Positions 38,001 to 48,512 of a stretch of 64,000 bases of DNA are shown here, one piece after another. The DNA lies in contig JBLWGC010000035.1 of the NCBI GenBank assembly GCA_048772705.1, forward strand, positions 186,001 to 250,000, read 5' to 3'. Under the pieces are notes generated by a model. The model saw only the letters and a list, made by a program, of their open reading frames with translations, did no database searches and was not told where the DNA came from. The stretch comes from Leidyana gryllorum EB-2025a. Taxonomy: Eukaryota; Protista; Apicomplexa. The position numbers and the translations under genes are program-made. Position 1 is the stretch's first letter. The number at the start of each line of letters is the position of its first letter.

Positions 38001-40057
38001 TCTTTAGTCAAGAGCGATGCGGCAAATCTGGTGAACGGTCCCTTACCGATATATGTTGGTAAATGTGAGAAGTTGTTAGTTGAAGGATCTCGAAACGAGG
38101 TGAGTATCTTTAGATTTAAAATCCAATCTCTGCAGATTCCAACGAGGCTGGATGCCGCCAAAGAGTCATGGGTAACGAGTGTCCGGCGTTTCGTGCAGTC
38201 CAACGCTGACTTGACAACCAGTACCGTCATCAAGAATCAATTGGGCTCGACTGTATTGGACTCCAAGACACGAATATTAGGTGATGAACTCCAACAATTG
38301 GAGAGCCGGCAACTGAATAAGAAGATGCGTCAAAATGCTAATGCTCTGGGAACCTCGCGCCAGAATTCTTCGAGAATCAACCCGCTGTCTCTGGTCTTTG
38401 GAACCAATGGCGAGGATGGATCCGATTCTGATCTTTCTGTGTCAGACTTCGACGATTGCGAGAACGAGATTGAGGCTGAGGCTGAAGAGGAGATAGAGGA
38501 AGAAGAGGAACAGGAAGAAGAGGTGGAACAGGAAGAGGAGGTTGAGGTGGTGAAGAATGACACCACACCGGTTGTCAATGTCAAATACGTGCGAAGCGTA
38601 AGTACTCCCTCCCAACACAGAGGTTTGAAACCTCTTGAATGCAGAAAGAGAATGACACACCATGGAATGTGGACGGTTTGAAGCGGGCATTGGGGGGACA
38701 GAACGCCGACATCGACACAAGCTGCGTGAGGCCTCTGAGACGCTGCGCTCTTTCCACCAAGTTCGGACCCTTACGAGCAGACTTCCCCCCACAGATGTGG
38801 TCCACCGCCAATTACCATCCTGCTGGATGGGACAATACCATCCGACGCGTCCGAAACATTATCTACATTCTCGAGATTGAGATCCTGGACAAATCAAAAG
38901 AAGCTTTCGCCCAACGCCTGGTCAGCGCCCAGATGCTCTTCAATGTCATGAAACCCGAGAACAAATCGGAGATTGATGATACCACCGTGTGGCATCTGCT
39001 GAATCTGCTCAACGTGACCGAAGTCAGCAACGCCACGGGCCTTGTTGGTCCGAACTCGGGTGGCATCGACGAGGCTTCAACTCGTGCATTGCAACGGATC
39101 GCCATGAGCGTACAGCCCCAAGGTGAGCACCTCAACGATTGTGTGCCATTTCTACTTTCAGATGGAGTTATGCCGTGGAATTGGGAAAACATTGCTCGTT
39201 TCCTGTTCGCCGAGTACGCCAACACTCTGTTAGTTGAAGATGAGGGTGGGGACGCCATTTTCCGGGCTGACGCCATGCCCCACGCCAGTGTATATAATCA
39301 ATCCTCCGGTTGCCATTATGTGGCACTCACCCTCCGAGAAGCGGAGATGGTTCGAAACATGATGCACCGTATATTACAAGGCGGGAGGAACACAGCCGAG
39401 CTCTTTGGAGTACGCTTGGCCCTCAGATTAGGTCTTGCGGACTTCAGACCCATTGACTGCCGTCTCACCGTCCTCGAACAGAAACTGTCGGCCCAGCGAG
39501 CTGAAGCTTTCGCTGCCTTCAAGTTCCTTGCTGGCCAAACCACGTTTAGGCCCAGTGAGGAAAAGTACCTCAGCGAGTTTCTGAGTCGCCTGCCGGAGGA
39601 GCTTCTGGTCGCCTACATGCAAGAAAATGCTTTCAGACGGCGACGTCTGCGGATACCCACAGCACTGACAGCTCTACTCAAGGAGAGATTGTCAGATGTC
39701 AGTACATTGGATTCTCCCTCGTCGGGTGAGACTGCTCAGCAAACACGCGCGCTGCAGGGCTTGTTGAAACGCATAATGAGGCAACGGTCTCTTGATGCTC
39801 CAGCATTGCTGCGCGAGCTGGGCCTGCTGCAGAGTGAAAGTACCCCGCCACTACGAGCTTCGGACACGACACTCCTCTCCCAGCCCCTCGACGATCTTCT
39901 ACCTCCTGAGATCACTGTAGGCACATTGCTAGTGTGGTTGGTGCGTGCTGGGCTACGTTTGTCGCCCCACAAGGCACAGAATTTGTCGTTTGTTTTGATC
40001 ACTGCATTCGATGGAAGAATTGTTACACTGCCAGCCCTCCAACGGGTGACTGACTGA
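26015..40057 (+). CDS. Giant (>4,000 aa) DUF3638/DUF3645 family protein with SF2/SecA-like ATPase motifs; many short introns
   Basis: QLMMGQGKTTVICPLLA (Walker A), IMDEVD (Walker B), LAVPFVGKDTPSESSEFANADVLIGFT (DUF3645), GFSGT, ALIDVGAL, FYDQ.HTFGQD, AQGAWRLRQLG; consecutive + ORFs linked by GTRAG introns. Confidence 0.8.
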
Positions 40058-40117
40058 TTGCCACAGCCCCAGAAACCCACGTCCCTGGACACAAATTTTG
40101 TGTGAAAATCCTACCAA

Positions 40118-40668
40118 ATGCTTCTGGCCAAATCCTATTTGATGTGAGTGAGTGATATTTGTCGTATCGGCGACGATTTGATTCAATCAGATTAGCTCGC
40201 TACGGCTCCCTGGCCGCATTGACCGCTACTCGCCATTGGGCAGTGGGGAGCATCAATACTTTGTATCAGAGTAGGCACGAGGTTTGCTCTAATTTGATAC
40301 TGCCAGCAATCCGCAGCACTCTTGGCTCAAGTGAAGTCCGCGACTTTAGAGCTGCAGACTACCCGAGGCAGTGGCCGAACTCAGAATGGCAATCAACTCA
40401 TGTCGCAAAGTTTGTTTCCAAGACGTTTAACCAAAACTGAGGCGCTCAAGATATTGGGTTTTGAGGAACCTACGCAGTCTATCTCTCGGGACCAACTGCA
40501 GGAAGTAAGTATCGGTCTTCTCCACTTCAAATGACAGATGATCAGCGTTACGAGACTCTAATGATCCAAAATCAACCAAACCCCAGACGAGGGTATGGGG
40601 GATCTCCATATATCCAGACCAGAGTTCATCAGTCTTGGCGACTCCTCAAACGTCAACTTAAAAATTGA
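40118..40668 (+). CDS. PAM16: Mitochondrial import motor subunit PAM16/TIM16-like (J-like domain without HPD), 4 exons
   Basis: Spliced product ...LTKTEALKILGF...LQE/RYETLMIQNQP...GGSPYIQTRVHQSWRLL; introns 40144-40190, 40271-40316 and ~40505-40545. Confidence 0.7.
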
Positions 40669-40685
40669 GCCGGGAAGTTTTAAAC

Positions 40686-41980
40686 TCACTCTTCCCGGGT
40701 CTGTCGTCGTCCGCCAACTCGACCCAAGTCAACGGGCTCCGCCTCATCCATCTGCTGCAGGGCCGCGGCCTCTTCCGCCATCTGCTCCGACTCTTTCACC
40801 AATTTCCCCTCTTCTTGCTCGAAATCCTCCAACTGACGGACTAGATCTGGCTTGAAGTCCTCCAAGATTGCTTTGCGTTCCGGGGAAGCGGTTGGCAGCT
40901 CAGCTTCGATGAGTGCAACAGCGAACTGCAGCCAGAGACTCTAAGAAACACTTCTATTCGTCCAACTTACGCGGAAAAGAATAATTGCCCGCACATCGCC
41001 AAGACCGACGAAGGAGTGCGCCAATGGCACAGCTACCTGGAGCCCCTCACTGTATGGGAGCCCATATGTTGCACAAGTTTGTAGTGCGTTGGTGAATTCC
41101 TGTGACACGAATACGCGATTTCACGCTCTTTTTACTCCTTACCATCACTGCTTCTTCGTGTTTCATGTGCACTTGACAGAAGTCTCCAAGACGCAAGCGA
41201 GTAAAGACACAATTCTTGAGTGTCTTCAATATCTCAGGACTGTGGTCCTGGACCTGCCAAAGCTGCAAGACCGCGAGTGTTACTGACTTGGAATCTTTCG
41301 ACTCGTCCATATCCTCAATTTGGAGAGCCAAGGCCCCCGAAATGTCTTGACAGTCGCCTTTCTTCAAGGTTCCTGTGCTCTCGAGTTCTTCAATCTTCTT
41401 CTGATAGCACACCCGGGCAACATCCAAAGATTCCCAAGCAATCTACAAAAGAACGAGAGCACCCTTTCAGGTTCAAAGTGAGTGTCTGAACAATTTACCT
41501 TGAGATTGTCATCACCGTGATCATCGGGACCCCCACTGAAGAGCCCAGCTGTACTCTCCTCCACCTTGAGGAGCATGTTGCCGTACGCTAGCCAATAATC
41601 CGCAATCGCAGATGACACTTCAGGGTTGCCTCCAGCCACGCTGGAACAAATGTTATGTAACTGATAGATGTGGCTCACTATTTCTGTATCGCAGCTTGGA
41701 AACACAGAATTGCCCGATCGTGATTACCCTCCTTCTCCGCCGTATTGCCAAGTTCGAAGATAGAACCATGGTCCATACCACTCAGCTCCTCATCCATCTC
41801 CATCGAAGCACTTTCCGATGATGTAGAACTTGCGTCGGACACCTCAGAACCGCTTTCCCCTTCTACACCATCATCCACCTTGGTAATTCCCTCAGTAGTT
41901 TCCGTGATCTCTTCCTTCCCAACAGCCACCTCCATCTCCTGACGCTGCACCTGCTCATTGCTGATTTTCTGTCGCGCCAT
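40686..41980 (-). CDS. NASP: NASP/Hif1/Sim3-type histone chaperone (SHNi-TPR), multi-exon
   Basis: YWLAYGNMLL, AWESLDVARVCY, RLRLGDF, C-terminal PVDLGRVGG; acidic N-terminus. Confidence 0.75.
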
Positions 41981-42029
41981 GATGGAAGGATTACTAACTC
42001 CACAGTGCAGTGTTTTTTTTTCTTTGCCA
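41981..42029. promoter_or_regulatory. Putative minimal bidirectional promoter with T9 tract
   Basis: 49 bp between NASP and U1A/U2B'' ATGs. Confidence 0.4.
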
Positions 42030-42431
42030 ATGGACGTGACCCCAGCCCCCACACTATACTGTCGCAACCTCGACGACAGGGTACACGTCAATGACTTGAA
42101 AGCTAATTTATTTGAATTCTTCATTCCCCATGGAGAAATCATTGCTATCGAAGCTCGAGTCACCAAAAAGATGCGGGGGCAAGCATTTGTGGTCTTCCGT
42201 GACGTCAATGCTGCAATAGCAGCCCTTCGAAAACAACAAGGGAAGACCTTCATGGGGAAGCCCATCGTTATAGAGTTTGCGCGAAATAAGTCGGATGCCA
42301 CCGCTCATCTGGACGGTACTTACCGACCCAGAAAGCGGAATATAGAGCAAACTGGAGAAGCTGGTGACAGGAATATGACCGGGGGCTCTAACAAGGTATT
42401 GAAACAAGATGAAATAGCAACGGGCTCTTGA
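42030..42431 (+). CDS. U1A/U2B'' snRNP protein (single RRM)
   Basis: TLYCRNLDD, KMRGQAFVVF, FMGKPIVIEFARNKSD. Confidence 0.88.
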   Translation: MDVTPAPTLYCRNLDDRVHVNDLKANLFEFFIPHGEIIAIEARVTKKMRGQAFVVFRDVNAAIAALRKQQGKTFMGKPIVIEFARNKSDATAHLDGTYRPRKRNIEQTGEAGDRNMTGGSNKVLKQDEIATGS

Positions 42432-42498
42432 GCAATAATGCCGGCCGGAAACACGTGCGGAGACACGCAATCGAACACACACCAGCACAACTCACTGA

Positions 42499-44134
42499 AT
42501 GAAGAATCTTATTTGTGTTTATGCTGCTGGTGCGGTGGCACTAGCTGGTGGGGCTGTGTCAGGCGCTATGGATACTGGTCGGTTCCACGATAACAACTCA
42601 ATTGCATGTCACTTTTCTTCCTGCAGTACCACCGATAGCAACTTGCAACAAAGGATACTCTGACAATGGGTCTGCTTGCATGATCGTGGAATTTGCCGAA
42701 CCACAAACCTTGTGCCCCAAAGGAGCAACTTTTGAGCATGGACAATGCATAGTTCTGAACAAATCAGCAGCGGAATACGTGTGTCCCGATGGGGCCATGT
42801 CAAAAGGCAAGAAATGCGAGGTCCTCGAGACTGCCGCTCCCACCTTGGAATGCGCCAAGGGCTTCACGGCTGCGAATGGCTCCTGTACGAGGACTGATTA
42901 CTATCCTGCGGAAAGAACGTGTCCGAAAGGATATAAACTGGACAAAGATGGTGGCTGCATCAGACATGTCAAGTGCGATGAGAAGGATTACGGTAAGTCA
43001 AGCATGTCGTTTAAATTGGTACCATTTTTGTGATCAGTTTGCCCCCCTGGCCTGGTCCAATCAGGCAAGCAATGTCTATTCTACGAGACTGTTCCTCCTG
43101 TGTTCACGTGCCCACATAACCACATCCTCCAAGGCGATCTGTGTGTGAAAGGAGAGAAAGGGGAGCCCAAGATTGTGTGTCCAAAGGGCTACAAGGTCGA
43201 AGGCAACATGTGCTCAATCGTTTCCAAGGTTGAGGCTGAGGTTTCCTGTCCCCAGGGTGTTCCAGCTGGTCACAAATGGTGCGAAGTGGAGGTGACCTCA
43301 GCTCCGACTATCACCTGTCCCAAAGGTATGGATTTGGTGGGCGCGCAATGTCAACGCCTCGAAACGGCGACTCCCCAGATCCATTGCGACAAAGGATTCA
43401 GCCATGTCAATGGCCGTTGCGTCAGTAGCGAGAAGATCCCAGCAGTGTATGGCTGTCCTGATGGGATCTTGGCTGATGGCAAGCATTGCATGATCAAAGA
43501 GCTTGTTCCTCCAACCAGAACTTGTCACGACGGATATGAGTACTCCAATGATGGGTGCCACAAGCAACACACCAAACCTGTCTCGATGGAATGCCCGAAA
43601 GGCTACAAAGTGGAAGGAAATACCTGTGTTGGATTCGTTAAAGAAAAAGCTGCTCAAGCAACCTGTCCTCACAGTACCGAGATCATTCCAGCTGAATTAT
43701 ACTGCAAGAAAGGAACCTTGGATCAGAATGGCATGTGTGTTTTGCTGTCTGGTACCGAGCCCGATGCTCGTTGCCCTAAAGACTACAAGTTCGACGGACT
43801 AGGTGGCTGTGTGCGAAAGGTGGGAGTACCAGCCCGTGCCGTGTGTCCTTCCGGCCGCGTCGAGAAACACGGATACTGTGAGGATCTGCTCGTTTCCTCT
43901 CCAGAGATCAGTTGCCCCAAGGGGTACATCCTCGGGTTGGATGGACAATGTTCTCGGAGTCAAGTCAAGCCTTATGTTCTTGCGTGCCCAGACGGCTACA
44001 AGCTTCACAACGGAGCTTGCATGCCGAAAGTTCACACATACTTCCTACAAGCCGGACCCCCCGTTGCTGCCACCAACGTGATAGCTGGGCCAATGATGGA
44101 TGGTGGGAAGCATGGAGGACATCATGGATACTAA
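42499..44134 (+). CDS. Oocyst wall protein (COWP/OWP-like Cys-repeat protein), signal peptide, 2 introns
   Basis: MKNLICVYAAGAVALA; repeated CPKGY....G..C units with Cys every 10-12 aa; His/Gly tail KHGGHHGY. Confidence 0.85.
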
Positions 44135-45000
44135 GGTGGAATAATGCTACAGGTTAATGCTTTTTACCCTGTGATTTTTCTGTGTCACTGGTGGAGAGGT
44201 GAAGAACTCAAGTTTGGTATCATGTCTTGGTAATGCTGTGAATAGCCCGACGGACTTAAGCTACTATATGTTAATCCAGCCAAACCCCGAAGCGTTTGGC
44301 AGGTTTCTCCAGCAAGTTTCTGAAGCTTTGTCGCCCAGGGCACAGTCCACAGGGGATACAGCTTATCCGTGTCCACGCTTCGCTGAAGGGTGATTAGGCA
44401 TCACAACCGGGGCAGTGTTTGCTTTAGCCATTTTGGTTTTGTTTGGAAGCTGTGCTCACGGCTGCTCCTGAGTGAGCGATGATGGTTGACTCAAAAAGTA
44501 CGAGCCTCTGTCCATCTCGGCATTCTTTCAACCAGTTTATCCGAGGTTCGTGGATGACATCCTCAATATCGTGCGCGGGGGCATGGATTTCCCTGGGCTC
44601 TTGCTCGTGAAACCCCCAGACTTGAACAAGCACATGCATCACGGCAGGGAGAATCTCTTGGAAAGCCCGTCAGCTCATAAATGAAAGCTGGTACCATGGT
44701 TCTTGGACTCTTGTCATCGCCGACCTTCTGGCAGTGTACTCTATGTATTGAGAAGTTTCCTCGCTCTGGTGAAGGGAGAACTCTGGGGGCGAAGACGGGG
44801 ATGCTCTCACCGGACTCCCGAGGTTTGTCGACGGAATGAATTGACATCAAGATCGCCGATCATGCAGAGGCTTGCATTTCAAGCAGGTGGTCTTCGCCCG
44901 CGTCGGTCCAGGTCCTACAGAGCTGCGAAGATGCAAGGCAAAGCTTCACGATCGACTTGAAGAACAGCACTAGTAGTATCGGGTGGAGTGGCATATTGGA

Positions 45001-45430
45001 CTGCGGTCGAATTGAGTTCTTTTCACCCAACCTCTTGGGCTCAGGTGTTCGGCTTTCTCCGAATCGGTGAAGTCTGTAAAGTGAGATGGATCTCCAAGCA
45101 GACGTTAGCCCGCAGTGTGGGATATTCTGCGGAAAGCGCTGGATGACGAGTAAAACTCGCGAGAGAGCCGTATCGGAGCGAGAAACTAAAGCTGTTCAAT
45201 GTGTGGTGGACATTTGTGATCTCACCGCAGGATACTCTGCGGCGCCCCGTGAAAAGCTTCAAATCCCTCAAAGGACCCGTCGGGTGGTTCAGTCTCTATG
45301 ACATGGGGTATTTGGAGCGGATGTTGGAAGAGAGTCGTGGAAGATTTGGACGAACACGGCCCTCTGCGTTTATGCCACAAATGCCGTCTTCTGGCGAAAA
45401 CTCCAGAAATTGGTGCCGTCCGAGGGCTGA
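45001..45430 (+). pseudogene. Internally deleted F-box-array copy (no ATG, ~1.5 kb deletion)
   Basis: Promoter-like gcggtcgaattgagtt, then the 5' coding part to cagacgttagcc, joined directly to 3' coding cgcagtgtggga... Confidence 0.85.
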
Positions 45431-46069
45431 AAAGTTGAGAGCATTTCCGACAATGGGACAACAGGTGATCCCACCCAGCCGAAAGGCGGTCGAGGAGCTC
45501 GGCGTTGGAGTAGTGTCATTGGCGGCGCTGTCACCCTGGAATCAGTTTGGGTCTCAATCAAAGATATCGAGCGATTCTGAACGAACAGAGTTGTCGGTAT
45601 TCGAAGGCGGGCTCGCCGGAGTCGATTGATTTGTTACCGCGTCCAGTGTCGATAGCTTGGATCAGGACTGTGTGACAGGTGAGGTGATTCGGCGCTGCGA
45701 CAAGACTTGATCTGAAAACTCGTCCGTAGTGGGATGACGACTTGTAGGCGTAGTCCATTCGCCCTGTGTGAATCGTCCCCATCTAGCGGTATCACTAGTG
45801 GATTTTTAGTTCCCTTTTTGACCATCGTCTAATTCAATTAACGTAGAGCACACACGTGTCTGTGTCTCCTATGGACTGGCAGGGGACATACTGCCTAAGT
45901 GAGCTTAACTGGGGTGGTGAACGGGGGGCCCAACATCCAGATCGAGTAGCTAATCCCAATAGATCAAGACTGAAGGACTCTGGCATCCGAGCGAGATTGC
46001 TAACGGGGTCGGGTCGGGTCCAGTAGAATTTTAGATTGCGGTCGGATTGAGTTTTTTTGACCCTCAACA

Positions 46070-48046
46070 ATGCCCGACCTCCGCCCAATCTTTTGGGCTC
46101 AGGTTTTCGACTTTCTGCGAATCGGTGAAGTCTGTAAAGTGAGACGGGTCTCCAAGCAGACGTTAGCCGCTTTGAGGGATATATTCACATCCCGTCATTT
46201 AGTGATCGAAGTGAAAAGGGTTTATTTATTGCCGGGATTGGGTGACAGAGCTGTGAGAGAGAAAAAGAGATATCTATGTTCGCTGCCTCCGCGGCCCTGG
46301 AGCCTGGACCACCGAGATTGGGAAAGGTACACTTGGGACGACTTTGTTGACTCCGGTCCCTTTCCACTCACGAAGTGTCCCACAATTGCCGATGCCGATC
46401 AGTATGCGATCGACGAATGGAGACTCGATCCCGAGGGAGGCTTCGATCAGTGGTTGGAGAGAACGGGTCGGAAACCGGACACACTGAAGACGATAAGAAT
46501 CGTCGGACTTTCAGCAGCCGTGGAAGAGATTCTGAGCACTTTGAGCGAACGCCAATGTGAAGCCGTTGGAGACTTCTGTTCTGACCCCTTGAGAACTACG
46601 CCGATCACTTTGTTGACAAATACCGTGGAAGAGGGCGCGATGTGGTTCCCTTATTGTACTGTACCGTTCTTGTGCAATCCTGGGGAATGTTGGGTCGGCC
46701 CTCAATCGAAGGCGAGTTCACCGGGGTTGTTGAGTCCCGAGTTCCAGCGTCTACGCTCACATTGGGAAAGCACCGAAGGGGTTGGGGGAGTCGGCGATAT
46801 CGAAAATTTTGCTTCGCTGGCGTTCTCGCAGTTCTGTTACTCCACCGCCTTCTCTCCACAGAATCTTTTGAAACTTTGTCGATACTGTCGTGAGAGAGCC
46901 GGGACGGAAGCGTGTGAGATTGACCATTTGCGTTCTTCACAGGCGGGGGGTTATGTCTACACTCACACCCCGTGGCACCGCCTGAAGCCCTTCGACAAGT
47001 TGCCTCCTTGGCTCGGATGGGTCCCTGCGGTTAGAGCGGGACTGCTGGACGCCGAACCTTCCGAGGGCCCCCAGAAAGAGTTCAGATCGACGGATAGCGA
47101 CATCACTTCAGACTCCGACACCAATGACAAACGACATTCTCGGCACTGTAAGGGGACGTCACCGAGTTCGAAGCGGAGACGATTGTCTTTAGCCGAAATG
47201 GCGGAAACTCGATATTTCGTTGTGAAAACGCTGACGCCCGAAGAGCGCTGGCGACTTCAAAGCTACCTGAGATCGGCGGAAAATCTCGAATATCTCGAAG
47301 CCCGTTTCTGTGACTGGGCGATCATCGACCCGCAGGACTCCGCACTGTTACCCGAGAAATGCGTCCGAAGCTGTCGCATGAAGCATCTGCCCTCCAATAT
47401 GGAGAAGGCATTGCGGCTTAAGGAGGTAATCATAAAACACCAAATCTCTCAGATTGTGACGGATTTGGTGACACATCCGAGAGACATATTGTGGACTTAT
47501 TTGGTCCTCCACGAAGTCCAACTCCTCACCGGACGTTCTGTGAGATTGGGATTGCACGGAATAGCCTTCCTGGAGGAGCCCTGGACGACAGTTCTGCTGG
47601 AATTGGTGTCTGGACAGTGCCATCGGGAGACATTATACAAAGTGTTGCAGCACATCGGGGCGCCCATCAGCAACGATCTCTGGAAGTTGGAGGTGAAAAC
47701 TGCCGCAGTGTGGGAGACTCTGCGGGAAGCGGTGGATGAACAGTTACACCCGGGAGAGATAGTCGGCCGTATCGAGGGCGAGAAACTACAGCGGTTCAAT
47801 GAGTGGTGGACATCTTTGATCTCAGCGCAGGACACTCTGAGGCGCCCCGTGAAAAGCTTCAAATCCCTCAAAGGACCCGTCGGGTGGTTCAGTCTCTATG
47901 ATATGTGGTATTTGGAGCGGGTGTTGGCAGGTGACCACGACACATTGAAGTCGTGGAAGATTTGGACGGATACGCCCGTCTCCATTTATGCCACAACTGC
48001 CGTCTTCTGGCGAAGACTGCAGAAATTAGTGCCGTTCGAGGGCTGA
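46070..48046 (+). CDS. F-box-like family protein, copy A (658 aa)
   Basis: N-terminal MPDLRPIFWAQVFDFL..GEVCKVRRVSKQ fits the F-box pattern (LP...IF.FL...L.....VSK); NLS-like KRRR; intronless. Confidence 0.75.
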   Translation: MPDLRPIFWAQVFDFLRIGEVCKVRRVSKQTLAALRDIFTSRHLVIEVKRVYLLPGLGDRAVREKKRYLCSLPPRPWSLDHRDWERYTWDDFVDSGPFPLTKCPTIADADQYAIDEWRLDPEGGFDQWLERTGRKPDTLKTIRIVGLSAAVEEILSTLSERQCEAVGDFCSDPLRTTPITLLTNTVEEGAMWFPYCTVPFLCNPGECWVGPQSKASSPGLLSPEFQRLRSHWESTEGVGGVGDIENFASLAFSQFCYSTAFSPQNLLKLCRYCRERAGTEACEIDHLRSSQAGGYVYTHTPWHRLKPFDKLPPWLGWVPAVRAGLLDAEPSEGPQKEFRSTDSDITSDSDTNDKRHSRHCKGTSPSSKRRRLSLAEMAETRYFVVKTLTPEERWRLQSYLRSAENLEYLEARFCDWAIIDPQDSALLPEKCVRSCRMKHLPSNMEKALRLKEVIIKHQISQIVTDLVTHPRDILWTYLVLHEVQLLTGRSVRLGLHGIAFLEEPWTTVLLELVSGQCHRETLYKVLQHIGAPISNDLWKLEVKTAAVWETLREAVDEQLHPGEIVGRIEGEKLQRFNEWWTSLISAQDTLRRPVKSFKSLKGPVGWFSLYDMWYLERVLAGDHDTLKSWKIWTDTPVSIYATTAVFWRRLQKLVPFEG

Positions 48047-48512
48047 GGAGCTGAGAGCGGGTTTGACTGTACATAAACCAAACCCACAGTGAGTGAGAAG
48101 AGGTGTTGAGTGGTCCATATTGCAAGACATGGCACTCCCGGGCAGTTTTGGCGAGAACAGTGGTGTGCAGCGTTGCTGCTAACCGGAGATCGGCGGAAAA
48201 TCTGAGGGATATCCGAGTTGTTTCCGTGATGAAGTGAAGGTGAACTCGAGACATTGCGTAGACTTTCGCTCGCCTACCGAGTCCAAGTGCATTGAACCCT
48301 CGCTGAGCTCTTCGAAGTGGTACGTCACTTTGAGACATACAAAGATGGGCAACTCAAGGTGGAGTTGGGCTACCGTTTGGGCATCTACACACAAAAGGTG
48401 GTGATAAGTTACCTCAAGTTGCACCGTTGGTTTGATTACATCTTTCTTTTATTCGTTATACGGCGGTTTGCTATTGAATTTAGTTTGAGGAGACAATAAA
48501 CACGAACACATA

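Noticed and set aside
26015-40057. Frameshifted pseudogene or alternative genetic code
   Set aside because: The ORF breaks I checked coincide with short GT-AG introns
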